Shown: positions 23,771-37,375, counted from the first letter of the stretch. The stretch: 64,000 nt of DNA from Camelus dromedarius (GCF_036321535.1 NC_087436.1:102550001-102614000); one strand, 5' to 3'. The notes: generated by a model from the letters alone, not told the origin. Program-made: numbers and translations.

Positions 23771-24874
23771 TTAAAAAAGGAAAAAAATTTGTTATGGAAA
23801 TTTATTTCTCTTTGTTCTCTCCTGAATCAATGCCATCGTATATTCAAATGTAGCGTGTTTCTCCAATAAATAAAATATTCTTCCTAGATCCCACACTCCA
23901 GTCCAGTTACTGCACCATTTGTCTCCCTTCTCTTAGAGCACAACAATTTATAGTAGTTTTCTGTATTTGCTGCTTTCAACATTCTCCTAAAATCACTACA
24001 GTCATGCTTTTAATCTCCTACTCCTTTGAACTTGCTTTTATCCAAAGACCGTCAATGACCTCCATGTTGCTGAAACGAATGGCCGTTTTCCAAATCTGAA
24101 GAAAGTGACACACGTGAACATTCTTTTCTGTTTGGTTTCCAGCACACTACATTACTGGTTTTCCTTTCATATCACTGGTTCCTCTTTGTTGCTTTCTTTT
24201 ATGGATTCTTCTTCATCTACTTGAAGTCTCAGTCTTTGCATTTAAAAAACAATTCTATCTACACCTGTTCTTTTGGTCATCTCATTCAGACTCATGGCAT
24301 CAATGACCATCCACGAGTGGCTGGCTCTCAAATGCGTATGTCTGTGCAGATCTCTCCTTAGACTTTCACAGAACAAAACTCCAATACCAACTTTATATTT
24401 ACACTTGGGCATATAATTAGCATTTCAAACTTACCATTTCCATAACTGACCTCCTGATGTGCTCCCTCTCCTGTCTATCATGCTCCTTCAACTACCTTCT
24501 TTATCTGAATTAACTGAAATTCCACCATTCCAATGGTTCCAGATCAGAAAGTTGGGGGTCATACTTGACTCCACCTTCTCTCTCTTCACACTATATCTAG
24601 TTTCTCAGCAAATCTTTAGGATGACCCATCAAGACACATCCAGAATTCCACCACCTCTCACCAGCCCTCCTATACCACCCAGATCCAATTCTTTACCAAA
24701 TTTCATTTGAATTATTTCCATACACCCCTAACTAGTTTTTCCAGTTTGTACCTTTGCCCATATTATCAACACAGTAGCCAGAAAAATTATACTAATGTGT
24801 GAGTCAAATCAAGCCAATATTATGCTAAAATTTTTCCAATGACTTTTCATCCCACACAGATTAAAAGTCAATAT

Positions 24875-25234
24875 TGTCTTAGTACATTTGAACTGTTGTA
24901 ACAAAAATACCACAAACTGGGTAGCTTATAGACAACATAAATTAACTTCTCACAGTTCTTGAAGCTAGGAAACCCAAGTTCAAGGCACTAGCAGATTCGG
25001 TGTCTGGCAAGAGCCTGCGTCCTCATAGCCATCTTCTTGTTGTGTCCTCACATGGCAGCAGGGGCAAGTGAGCTTTCTAGGGTCTCCTTTATAAGGGCAC
25101 TAAACTGGGTAATGAGGGCTCCACCCTCATGACCTAATCACATCCCAAAGCTCCCCTTCCTCAGAGTACCATCACATTGGGGATTAGGATTTCAACATTT
25201 GAATTTGAGGGGACCCAAACATCAAGCAACAGCA
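24875..25234 (-). mobile_element. complete solo MaLR LTR (MLT1A/MSTD-like)
   Basis: TG...CA ends, 360 bp, GTGTCCTCACATGG, GAGGGCTCCACCCTCATGACCTAATCAC; 5-bp TSD AATAT/AAGAT. Confidence 0.92.
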
Positions 25235-26494
25235 AAGATCTTACTGTGACCTACAAGGCTTTACCAAATCTGGCTTCTATAAATGTTTTGACTTTAATTC
25301 TATAATTCTCTTCCCAGATTTTCTCTATCCATCTACAGGTGCCTCATTAAGGTTCCTCAAACATGCCCAGACCTCTCTTATCACAGGTTTTTGCCTCTGC
25401 TCTTTCCTTTTCCCAAAAAGGTCTTGTTCTGAATAACAAGATGACTTTCTCTCCCGTGGGATCATATCTGTTCTCAAAATCACTCTTCAGTAAGGCGCTT
25501 TGGGCAACCCTAACTAAAATGCACTCCCTTTCCACCCAATAAACTACTGTTTTCATCACTGCTTTTTATGTTCTATTTAGTACTTACTACTCTCTAACAT
25601 ACCACATAGTTTCTTGTTTATTATTTTTCCATTTTATTTATCATCAATGTAATACAATTCTATGTAGATAAAGAAGTTTGTCTGTTTTCTTCACTGAAGA
25701 ATCCCACAAATCTGGAATAACATAGTACTTGATAACAAAGCTTTTAATCTAATAGGTGTATCAAAAATATTTATTGACTGGATGAAGGAGTGAATGTATC
25801 TTTCTTTTATCTTACCATTCTGCTGCATCACAGTTTCAGAGTGAATACTAGAGGTCCAATCATCACATCTGTATTTCATGCAAATAAATAAATAAGTAAA
25901 GTTTAATGAGGAAATGGACGGAGTGCAAAATATTGCCTACAGTTAATTAAACTCTTTTAAAGAATTTTCCCAAATCCTCACACAATGAATTTCACCCACT
26001 TTTTATAAAACGTGGGGTATTTGGATTTTGAATCTATCTATGTTAAACTTTGGTAGATAAATTTTCTTTTGTAATAGGCTTGTTTAGTTTTAATATTAGA
26101 GTTAATCCATCTTCCTTGATAAAGAAATGCTATATTTTTCCTTGAATAGATTTTTCCACCAAAGCTAGGACAAAAGTTCCCATAGACATACTGAAGTCAA
26201 TCAAAACAGATTATCTTTTTTGGTCAGAAGTAAATATTTTAATTTGAAAAAGACTTTGAAAGGGTTACTTAATATAAGGTTATATTCAGTTTTCTAGAAA
26301 TAAAAACATTGTTTTTTGGCCTCTTCATGTCAATGACTCTGTAAGTTTCTAACTCATTGTGACTCACTAACTATTCTTTGAAATGAATACTGCCACCATT
26401 CTCACAGTTTGCCAAACACTGAGTCACAATATAGTGACCTACCCAGATATTATTTTCCTCAGTCCCAAAGGCAGTGACACCTTCTTCCAGGCAC

Positions 26495-26553
26495 CATGAT
26501 AAAGATTTGTTATATGTGCCATGATTAAAAAAGAGTTGGAAAGCACTAATCTA
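26495..26553. mobile_element. hAT-Charlie-type MER terminus
   Basis: TGTGCCATGATTAAAAAAGAGTTGGAAAGCACTAATCTAG resembles an ...aaggttgggaagcactg terminus with a nearby TCTAG target. Confidence 0.45.
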
Positions 26554-27389
26554 GTTATTTTCTGTGGATGTGTAACAGCAAATAATCTCAGTTGCTAATT
26601 CCTCTCAAGTAATTTAATAACTAGCAGGAGATTGAGTGAAACATAATATAGTAATGCAAATCAAAATTTAAATATTAATTAAACCTATATGAATCTTAAC
26701 ATGTAAAGGATGAAGAATTATAAAGGAAAATGCAATTACCTTAATTCCCATACACACAGAGAACATTGTCTGAAAACCTTAATAATTCATTCACAGCTAA
26801 TTGTGTGGCTATTTGACAATTCTGGAGGGAAGTATCAGTGTGTCCACAAATACTTGTGTTATTTATAAAGTAAGTATACCCAGAAGTGTGAAGAGGTTTG
26901 TCCTCTGAAGAAACTACAGGTAGCAATAGTCTTGGTAGCTCCAGGGCTCATTAATTACGAGGCTTCACAAACACACCCCTTGACTTGTGGGTATTTGGCT
27001 ACTTGCTTTTATGCACCCGATTCATCACTAAGGTCACACTCCTCACACTTGTGTTACTACCTATTGTACTGATCGCCTCTCTGATATATACCTTCAAATC
27101 ATACTATCCTTTCTAACATGTCAGTGTGGTCTTGAAAGCACGTTATTACTCTACCAGTGAATTTCCAGGGTATTAACAAGTAACACTTGCTGAGTAATGG
27201 TTCAAGAAGTTCTGAGACTTAAAGCCACAAAATATTTGAGCAAAGTGTTTTCCTTGTACAATGTCTCAGGTGATGCTCACCAGAGCCAAAACCAGTTAGG
27301 AATGAAAAATTTCCAGTCAAGTTTCACAGATGAAAATGGTAAAACAAAGTCTTCTCCCTCCTCATCACCCTTAACCTTACCAAGTACAA

Positions 27390-27638
27390 GAAATGGTTAG
27401 AGGGAGAGGGGCTATGGAATTCAATCTCATTTCCAACACTTACTGATTGTGGAATTTTGGGCCCATTGCTTAAAATCCCCAAGTCCTGTGTTTCCTTGTC
27501 TGCCAAGTAAGATTAAAAAGAAAATTTACCTCATAGGGCTATTGTGAGCATCACATAAAGTAATTTTCATAAAGCCCTTAGAAAAGGACCTGGAACAAGT
27601 TATGCAATACATAAATGTTAGTAGACATCATTGCTATC
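27390..27638 (+). mobile_element. MIRb-like SINE
   Basis: CAACACTTACT...TTTCCTTGTCTG...TACCTCATAGGGCTATTGTGAGCATCACATAA...ATAAATGTTAG. Confidence 0.8.
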
Positions 27639-28924
27639 AGCAAAACTTCCAACATATATTCTCCAAATTCAATGGTCTATATACTTGGGCAAATGGCCAA
27701 ATCATTTACTTGATCCCCTTCCTCCTCATCAAACCTCTTTTAATTGTGGCACTTCTATTTGGATGTGTTAATAAGTCAAAGGTTTACTCCCTCCCAGCAG
27801 CTATTCTGTCACACTCAGAAGAATTTATGTCACTGATCATATACATTATTAGGTTGTTAGTTTCTCTCTCAAGGCAATCTCATTTTCAAGTTTTTGAGCC
27901 TCAAGTTACCCTTGATTTATGCTATGCCAACCTACACATCATTTATTGCCCATAAGATAGAAAGATAATATTTGGGCTTAAAGTGAGATTTGAAAGCAAA
28001 GTTAGAAGTCAGAGTAGAACAATTCAAAGTGGGTTGTAATGGGTTCATTTGTGACAGACTGTGAGATCATTAGATATAAGAGAAGCACTAATTCAGCTAG
28101 GTGGAAAGATTTAGATGGCTCTGATTCATGTCATATCATATATCAATTTGAGAGACAAACCTTATACAAATGGAATCGAATCGCAGAGTCTTAAGAGATT
28201 TACCTATTTCCCATTGGTGGAAAAGTAAGAAAATATCATGCCCCAACTGCCCTCAGGAAGAAGAAGAGGCAATTCGTTCACTGTCAACTACAAGACTATG
28301 CCTTTTACTTGTCAGTCATCATGAGAAGGATAGCTGGGGTTACTAATTTCATTCTTTACTACAATAGAAGAAAGGCAATAAGTAAAAATATTTTCATTAG
28401 TAGCTATTATAATTCAACAGATGTCAGGAACAATTACCATTAATCCACACACACAATGTCATATTGAAAATTCACATCTGAATCACTGTTCACAAAGATT
28501 CATTTGTGATCCTGAAAAATGTTACCAAAGGTGTTAGATCAATGAGAGTTTGCCAATGCAGGAAGTTGCCCTAAGCATAACTTACTTATGATCATCCACG
28601 CTAAGTCTGCACTTCATAAGTCTATGCAAAAACTTAAATGAAAACAATCTAATTGTACAGCTAGGGAAAATGCATTCTGACTCAAAGTTATTTCTTTTTT
28701 CATATTAGAGAAGAAACAAATTCTTTATTTTACTAAACTGAGAGAAGATCCTATTCAAATATTCAACATGTTTTCAGAAAATGCCAAACAAGTAAATTAT
28801 GGGCTTGCAGATAAAGTATTTAAATCAACGCGACCCTGAATCTATATTTATCAGCCTCTGCTGTACCTCTAAAGTTAAATTCCAGCGTGACTACATTTTT
28901 CTGTAGGTGCTGTCTCATTAACCA

Positions 28925-29325
28925 CCTTGACAATTTCAAACTTTCTCCATATTCCACCTTCAAACCTTGACTCTTCTCTACCCCCATCTCTCAGCAGGTG
29001 GTCATCTCTCATCATTCACACAGAAAACTGAAGTCACCAGCTCACTGCTTCTTCAACTTTGGGCCACTAAACTTATGAATTCCCTTAAGTCTGCCTTGCA
29101 TCTAGATCTTTCTTATGATTTAAACTCACTCAAGCTACTACCCTATGTTAAAAAAATACAAAATAGAAACCATTTTGAGTCCTTCAGGCCCCTAAAACTG
29201 CTATTTCATCTTTTTATAGTCAGACTGCTACAACATCTCTATTAGCTCTCTTTACTTCTTTAATTTTGATACACTCTTTAAACCACTGGTTCTGACTCTC
29301 ACACCTAGGCAACTAAAATACTTAT
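28925..29325 (+). mobile_element. L2 internal fragment
   Basis: CTCTCAGCAGGTGGTCATCTCTCATCATTCACACAGAAAACTGAAGTCACCAG, pyrimidine-rich sense L2. Confidence 0.55.
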
Positions 29326-29377
29326 TTTGTTTGGGAATGGTGGCTTAGGGTCATGGTAGGCAAGCTTCCCAGTGAAG

Positions 29378-30120
29378 AAGAACAAAGTTAGATAACTAAT
29401 ACTTCTCTGTTTCAAAACTTACTACAAAGCTACAACAATCAAGAAAGTGTGGTATTGACAGAAGGATAGTCATGGATAAATGCGCAGAATTTAGAATCCA
29501 GAAATAAATCTTTATACTCATGTGGTCAGTTGATTTGAACAAGGATGAGATGCTAAGATCATTGGGAGAGGAAAAGAGTAGTGCTGAATACTCACATGCA
29601 AAAGAGTAAAGTTGGATGCCTCTCTTATACTTCACACAAAAATTAACTCTAGATGGGCAACAGAAATAAATGTAAGGATAAAAACTATAGCACACTTTGA
29701 TGAAAATGTAGGCATAAATTTTGACCGAGGTTAGACAGAGCCACTTAGATATGACATCAAAAGCACAAAACAAAAAAAAAGGAAGATAAATTGGCCTTCA
29801 TTAAACTGGTGAAGCTGTACTGAAGACAGTTTGACAGTTTCTCCAAATGTTAAACATAGAGTTGCTATATGGTCCAGCAATTTTACTCCCAGATACACAT
29901 CCAAGGTAAGTGAAAACACAGCCCATCTAAAACTTAAACACTGATGTTTTTAGAAACATTAGTCTTAATAGCCAAAATTGAACAAAACCCAAATATCCAG
30001 TAACTAATGAATGCATAAGATAAGTAAGATATGGTGTAATGTCATAATGGAATATAATTCAACAATAAAAGTAATGAAGCACTGATATATGCTACAACCT
30101 GTATAAACCATGAAAATACT
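29378..30120 (+). mobile_element. L1MB-like ORF2 3' fragment with internal deletion
   Basis: TTTCAAAACTTACTACAAAGCTACAACAATCAAGAAAGTGTGGTATTG; CACACAAAAATTAACTC; TTAAACATAGAGTTGCTATATGGTCCAGCAATTTTACTCC. Confidence 0.88.
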
Positions 30121-33100
30121 GGGTATATCAGATATCTGAATGTCATATGAAAATTATCCAAAGTTTTAAAGATTTAGTATGAAAATGATTTTAAGTCCTT
30201 GCCACTAAATGAATTAAATTTTTAACAATTTTATATCATAAAAATTTGGATGTGTATAAAAGTTTGTATTTCTAAGTAAAGCAAAATAAAATACACTACT
30301 TATAGTTTATATAGTGTTCCTTATGATGCCTTAGTTTACCTACAGTTACCTTGCTAATCTTTCAAAAGTTCCCATAAAGAATACAACAATTTTTCTCTAT
30401 CATGCAGAAAGGTATGTGGAGGCAAAACGGTTTAAATGATAATCTCCAAATGATATGTGATAATTAAATGGAATAATTATTTGCCTGGTATTCTCTAACA
30501 ATGTAATTAGAATTATTTTAACAAAAAAAGGTACTTTTATCCATAGTAAATAGATGGAAAGGAGAATTAAGGCAATTATTTAAATAAGGCAAGGGAAAAT
30601 TTTCTCAGTTTTCTAAATATTTTGGCTGAGGCTTTTTTTAGTCTAGAATTACATGAATAATTACCTCATTTATCCATTTCACTTTGCCTATGTATATTTT
30701 ACCTCAGTATCATGAAATGTTATCCCTATTAGAAGTGTCCAGAAGATTGCTATACATTTTACCTTACCGAGCTACTTCGTCCAAATAAATAATTTGGTTT
30801 TGTGATTTAGGCCATCTTTCAGCACACATATTTCTTTTCTTTTCCTTGATGGGTATTTTTAAAAATACTTGAATTAATTCTCAAAAAACTCTTCAATATA
30901 GATTCTGATTCTAATCATGCAGCAAGAGAGGCAAAAAGTAAACTTATCACAAGAAAAAAAAACCCTATTTTCCAAAGAGGAAAGAAGGCCAACTTGTATG
31001 TTTCTAGTTAGCAAATCTTAAGTAGTCCGAACTTTCTCAGAAGTGGTCAGAATGCAAATTAGGCACATAGATGTGAGCAACCATCCACACATTTGCCTTT
31101 GAAAACTAGCCAGTGGAAATTCTCTGGGTTTTTTCCCCAAGGGTGAAAATTCAGAAAACAATTCAGCTTTCTACTAGAAGGGGTATTAATTCAACATTTC
31201 AGGTTTTCTCTTAAGATCTGTGAAAACAAATTACTAAGTATAGGTAGAATTGAGGTTATTTTTTTTTTCTTTTTATTTCCCCCTAAAGGATATAGACCAA
31301 AACTATCTACCAATGAGAAGAAAAAGCAAAAGACAAAGTTTTATTGCTGGATTATCTAGATTTATTATCTACTTTGAAAAATGTTCTAGTTCACTCTTCA
31401 TTCAGCTTAAGGAAAGATAGGCCTTTAAAAATATGGCAAAAAAGAAAAAAAGATGAATTTCAAATTTACATTCTCCTTTAGCTGCTGTATTACTAAAAGA
31501 AATAAATCTTTAAAGTGCAAAAGAACTGAATCAGTGCTCCTGACACTATATTACTTATCTTTGAGGTTTCGATTCAAGTCATTGAGATTGGCCAAATCTA
31601 TTATATGTAGGTTTTATACTGAATATGCAAAAAACATTATTTTTATGTGTTGCTCTTTCTACTCTCTGTCATGATTCTAAGATACGTCATCATTTATTCC
31701 ATATTTAAGAACAGGTAAGGGAAATTTTTTAATGTTTGTCAAAACTGCATATTACGTATTAATATATAGAATATTTGAGAAATTGCCTTCATTGAAACAA
31801 ACTATAAAAGCCTTAAAGCTTTACAGCGACAAGCTTGGTAAGCCACACAGCCAGTGTAAAATTGGATTCGGTGTGATTATTTCTGGGCAATAATTCAGAG
31901 CAAATAACATCAAGGAAGGCTTGTGTAAATCCAGATGGAAAAAGTGGATTTAAATCAAACTAATAGGTTGCAAAACATATGAAATATGCTTTGTACTGTG
32001 CCTTGGAGACACACGGCCAAATCCATATTCAAAAAGTAAAAACAAACCAGAGTGATTTGAGGAATAAATTACTTGTCATCGTGATCTTTAAAAATGCCAG
32101 AATTTAATGCAAAAATATAATCCTAACATTTTTTGCAGCAAAAATAAATGTCAACATATTAGACTTAACTGGCGAAGCCCTGTGGTAGCATTTCTACAGT
32201 GCGAAAGGAACATGACAAGCTGTATTTCACATTTATTAGAATGAGATTTGGTCCTCTTTATCATAAGCAGTAGATTTAAACACTTTATTTTAATTTACTT
32301 CGTGGTATTGAGGAAAACATTGACTCAGATAAGAAAAAAAAATGCCATATAATCTTGTTCACTCAAGCAATCCATCAATCTCAGAAGCTAAATATGTATC
32401 ATGACAACACCAAGCCTTTATAGTTAGAAAAAGAATTGAGTACAAAATAGCTGTGACATACTCCATGTCCCAGGTAGCATCTGTGAGTGGGAAATTCTGC
32501 GTGGATGCATGGTTATGCATAATATATACAGCAGTTTTCTGTGTCATCCCTTCATATTGCTGCAGAGCTGACAGTGAGTACTATCCAGGCTTAAGAATGT
32601 CCTTGACTTATCCTACCCAAATATGTTCCTTTTCATAAAAGTTATATTAAATATGTACTAAATACATAATTATTATTTGAGTATCATTCCACCAAATAAG
32701 ATTTCTGAGCCCTTAAATATCTGATATTTTGTAAACCATTTAAAAGAAATACCCCTTATGTACTCAATAGATAGAATAGTCATAAAATTCAGAAACTATG
32801 GACAAAGTGACAAGCCTACTTTCTGTAGACTTGATGAGGATCGAGCATAACAATGTTTATCATATTAAAAATAAAATGTGTAGAGCGCACTATATAAAGC
32901 CAATAGGTATATAAACACAATAAATATGTATATATGTAAATCCAAGTGTTTGCATACACGTTGAGTGTGCATAGATAAATGCATAAATACCTTTTCCAAG
33001 AGGGCAAAAACGTAAGTTTTTATTTACATGAAGGAATGGGCAATTATACATGCAAATTTTAAGATGTCTAGTATGAAAATTAGTAATTTCAACACACTGC

Positions 33101-33734
33101 ACTCTGCAAGGATATTTACATTTAAATATGAATCCACTTAGCAGTTAGGTAGTAAACAAAATTCCACATGTCTAAGCATAAATGTGTTGTATATAAATAT
33201 CCTAAATGTTAAAAATATATGTTATTATAATGGACTCAGCACAGTCACTAAACACCAAGAAGTTAGTTAATGTATTTTGAAATTTTCTCTCTCAAATTCA
33301 GACTATGCAATTTGTATTTTAAAAGTCACTACTTGGAAATCAAGACCTTAAAAATAAACATTATATATATATTTGTTTGAACATTTAATTTTAATTTTAA
33401 TTGTAATGTGCCTATATTTGTAAACAGTTACCTTGGAAATTAAGATAATACTTTCATAACATTTGGAACAAGAGTGAGAAATTTAATCCAAACTAGGGTA
33501 TAATATGCCAAAAATTACAGTTTTCCTTATTTTACACATACTCTATATATTCCTCTTCCAAATTAAAGTGTGTTATAAAAAATAATAAAGTGTGTTATAG
33601 AAATTAGTCTTTTGATAGTGGAATTCCATCTACCGTTTACAACTTCTTGTTTGCATTTTTGGCTGTAACTGAGAAATCTATTTTGATTCATAAGTGATAT
33701 AGTTCATCCACGATGAGTTTGCTAAATCTAAACC

Positions 33735-34185
33735 TCCATTAGTCAACAAATTCAATGAAAAAAATTGATATGCACATAGCCCAGTGCTAGGCATATTGTA
33801 TATGATTTACGAACATACATAAAATTCTTCTATGCCAACTAGTGAACTAAGTGCCACAGACTCAGAACACTTGACTCTTAAAAATCTCCTAGTCTAGTGA
33901 GGAAGACGGACAAGTCAAACTCAGCATGGTAAGTGATACAGGAAAAGTATGAAAGCAGCGGAAACACTTAATTCTGATTGGTCAGGGGAGTGTGGGGTCC
34001 AAGCGAATGATAAGATTGTAGCTATGAAGGAGGCAATACATAAAAAGTGATTCATAATCTGAGGTTTGAAAGATAGGTGGAGCTTTTCCAGGTGAGTATG
34101 TTCTGTTTGAGAGCAGACATGGCATGACATGGAGAAATGTACTTGGAGAAATGTAACTGGCAACATTCGCAGGCAGAGCACTACA
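33735..34185 (-). mobile_element. L2c-like 3' fragment
   Basis: CATTAGTCAACAAAT...CAGTGCTAGGCA...TAGTCTAGTGAGGAAGACGGACAAGT...CTGAGGTTTGAAAGATAGGTGGAG. Confidence 0.6.
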
Positions 34186-35324
34186 AATCGTTGTTAAAAG
34201 GCGAGATTAATAAAGCTATAGGTAATTTTTGTCTTGTCCCTGCCATATGTTATCATTGTCTCAGGGTTCTCATTTCCCTTCATTCAGAGAAAAAGGGACT
34301 CTACCCAACCTGAAGTAAAATAATTACTAGTTAAAGAATCAAGGGGTTTGCACACAAAAATGGTAAGTATGTATGATTTCTCTGACTAAAAACAAAATCA
34401 AATCAAATGAAACAACCTTTTAAGTTTAAACAGAAACAGCTATTGCTTTAAAAAAATAGGGATTCTTAAGAGCACATGATGAGTTTGTTAAATTATCTAT
34501 AACATGCTATAATTTTGTTAGTTTCCTTCTAAATATGAAAATTCCATTTTAATAATTAGAAGTATTATCTATTTCATATTTCCTGTATGTTTATATAATT
34601 TACTAAAAGTGTCTTCTGATTAGTCATTTTTTTTTATTACTCCTGCTAGCAGATAATATGATGGTCAGAAAAACTTGGGGATTTTTTTAAATTACTATTA
34701 TAATATTAATATTATAAACTTTGTATAAATAACTATACATTACTAGAATCTCCTACATCTCATCAAGCAGATTTTCAGCTCACAGGAACTCAATGGAAAC
34801 TTTAAGTGAATCTTAGCAAGTTTCAACAAAACTCTTAGCTATTTGGTATCTTTACTACATGATGGATGACACTGGCTTTTTATTATAGTAGGTATGTGTC
34901 TAGGATCATTTTTTTCTTACCAGTTCTAAAGGTTTACACTTCCTACCAGGCTTCTCAGGCTCTCTTCCTTATCTAAGACTTCTGTAATGGCCATATAAAA
35001 TTGGTTTCTGTCCTGATGGGATTACTATAGAAGCCTCCTGATTGCAAAGGAACTTGGACTCACTGTCTAGGTTGTTTGTGCCTGGCTTGTGCTTCATAAT
35101 CCCAGCTCTGGCTACATGCCTGGGCTCTGAAGCTCCATCATTATTCTCCCACAAGACCTCTATCTGTTTTCTGTTGGTTTGGCCATTGCCTGCTGACATT
35201 CTCTTGCTGTTTCCATTTGTATGTACTGGTTCCTGTTGGCCATCAAAACTATATTCCCTCTTACATCCACCTTGATTCATCCCAATTTATAGCTCTATCA
35301 ATGAGTATTTCCTCTTCTACTTCA

Positions 35325-35570
35325 AATGAAGGGATTCATGCAGAACATATTCTTTAGTGTCTGGCTTCTTATGGTCACATTTTCCTCATGAGATTCATTC
35401 ATGCTTTGGAATATAGCAATAGTTTCCTCTTTTTCATTGTTTTATGGCATTTTTTATCAAGTTGTATGCATAGCAGTCAAATTCAGTATGATCAAATAAA
35501 CTCAGTAATTCTATTGTCAATGAAATGGACATCTACTTGTCCATCTTTGAGGCAGTGGATAGGCCAATTG
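35325..35570 (-). mobile_element. L1ME-like 3' fragment
   Basis: TATTCTTTAGTGTCTGGCTTCTT...TGAGATTCATTCATG...ATAGCAATAGTTT. Confidence 0.6.
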
Positions 35571-35934
35571 TGAATACAAACCATGAAGGTCTTCATAACA
35601 GTCAAAAGTGGTTAAGTAACCAATCTCTTCAAACCACGATTGAAGCAAACATATACTACTAAGGGGGAAAATTAAATGGAGAACAAATAATGTAATTACC
35701 AAAATAAAAAGTATAAATGCATACAAAGAAAAGAATAATGCCCATTTTCAAAAACACAGACTAACAATGCATTAAACACTTCAGAATGTTTGTTTGTGGA
35801 AGGTGGATTAAGAGGGGGGTTAAGGATAAAGGAAACTAGAGACACCTTTGAAAGAATAAATGATAATATTTCATGCACTGAAGGTATATGATTAATTCAA
35901 TACTCCAAACCTGAGATCCAATAAAAGTAAACAT

Positions 35935-36160
35935 CTAATCACTCCAAAATATTTGTTTCTTAAATATATCCTAAATTTATCTATTTCTCTCCATTACCAT
36001 TGCTACTGCCATCTTCCAAGCCTTACTCATGCTTAAATGGTCCACTTTTCTATCTCATGTTTTCATTTCTTCACCCTTGTGGTCCTTTACCCAGCAGCCA
36101 AAGTGAGCTTTTGAAACTTAAATCCTATCAGTTCTTTCCCTTCCTTGTTTAAAATAACTG
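35935..36160 (+). mobile_element. L2 fragment
   Basis: TTCTCTCCATTACCATTGCTACTGCCATCTTCCAAGCC...CAGCAGCCAAAGTGAGCTTTTGAAAC. Confidence 0.6.
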
Positions 36161-36164
36161 GTAG

Positions 36165-36685
36165 AATTTTCCATCAAACTACTTTAGTCAAACAAAAGTT
36201 GAGTTGATCGGTACTTGTTGTAGCAAAAGACATGAAACACCATGAGTGAGATACTGGGCATCTCCATAGGAAGATATTAAAAGGGACTGGTTGTAAGATT
36301 TGGACTTGTGCTAAATGATTTTAGGGAAGATTCATGGAAGTGTGACTTTGCTTTGGACTGGGTACTGACAAAAATAGGGCAACTTTCCCATTCACTGTCC
36401 TAATAATTTGCATCTAGTTAGCAGAAGAAATGGGAAGAAATGAAGAAAAGTTAAATCTGTATTCGTAAGGAATTAGCAGGCATTCATGTTAGTCTAGTGA
36501 GAAGATCTTGGTCATATCTGTTGATTGTAGTGTGTTATTGGTTTTGTCTATGAAATGATCTTTTCTTTTGTCTCATCCCATCACAGTCACTGAGTGACTC
36601 TATCTGAATTTGGTAGTGAATTTTTTTATGTTTAATAGGAGAAAACAATGGCTTAGTTTTTAATGCCAGAGAAGATAACTCAAAG
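36165..36685 (-). mobile_element. ERV1-class solo LTR (MER89/MER90-like; subfamily uncertain)
   Basis: GATTTGGACTTGTGCTAAATGATTTTAGGGAAG, GACTTTGCTTTGGACTGG, TTTTGTCTCATCCCATCACAGTCAC, TTTATGTTTAATAGGAGAAAAC. Confidence 0.6.
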
Positions 36686-37241
36686 ATTTCTTTTATTTTT
36701 TTTTAAATCAGGGCAGGTGAAGTTAGGTTTCAGGATATTAATTCATGTCTGGATATTTACCATTGCCAACATTGTTCAGGAGTCAAGAAAATATGGTGGG
36801 TGCATCAGTCCTCTTTGAACTTTTTGTTGCAGGCCAAATTTTTGAGTTACCAGATGTATAAATGTCTGCAGCATAACATTCAAGACTCTGGACAGGATTC
36901 ATAGACCAACTGTAACACAGACAACTGCTGAAAACAAAATGGCCATCACTCCTTATAATTGGTTCCAAATCCAGGGTCTTAATACAACCAAATCCAGGTA
37001 ATGAAAGCATGTCACAAAATGCAGCTGGGACTTTCCTGGCTACAGAGCTGTCAAAACAATGAGTAAAGGAAAAAAAAATTAATAAAGATAAAAAGAGAAT
37101 TAGTAGCAGCAAAGACAAAAATAAACATAAAATAATAGCAATCACAATAATTACAGAACACAAGAGGAATGGAAGGAAGCAATGACACCTTAATCTGAGT
37201 GATGAACAAGATAATAGAGTTCTAGAGAAACATTATATCTT

Positions 37242-37375
37242 TTATTTTGTTTATTTTTTGAAGGGGGAAGTAAGGTTTATTTATTTATTTATTTTTAGAG
37301 GAGGTACCGGGGATTGAACCCAGGATCTTGTGCATACTAAGCATGTTCTCTGGTGCTCTTGTTGTATCCTCCCCC
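37242..37375 (-). mobile_element. camelid tRNA-Ala-derived SINE (vic-1 type)
   Basis: Plus strand GGAGGTACCGGGGATTGAACCCAGGATCTTGTGCATACTAAGCATG with a (TTTA)n tail; perfect 10-bp TSD ATTATATCTT at 37232-37241 and 37378-37387. Confidence 0.9.

Larger units (their letters stand above)
20920..25797 (+). mobile_element. long L2a element interrupted by L1 (21261-23780) and MLT1A (24875-25234)
   Basis: Pieces at about 20920-21260, 23800-24874 and 25235-25797; CAATGACCTCCATGTTGCT, GTCATACTTGACTCCACCTTCTCTCT, CATCCAGAATTCCACCACCTCTCACCA; terminus TCAAAAATATTTATTGACTGGATGAA. Confidence 0.8.

Noticed and set aside
33564..33599. Short direct repeats (TAAAGTGTGTTATA x2; similar ones at 34130-34157 and 56553-56595)
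   Set aside because: Ordinary small slippage duplications with no sign of function.
36833..36997. 165-nt plus-strand exon (TTTTTGTTGCAG ... CAG|GTAATG)
   Set aside because: Stop codons in all three frames; splice-like signals alone are common.
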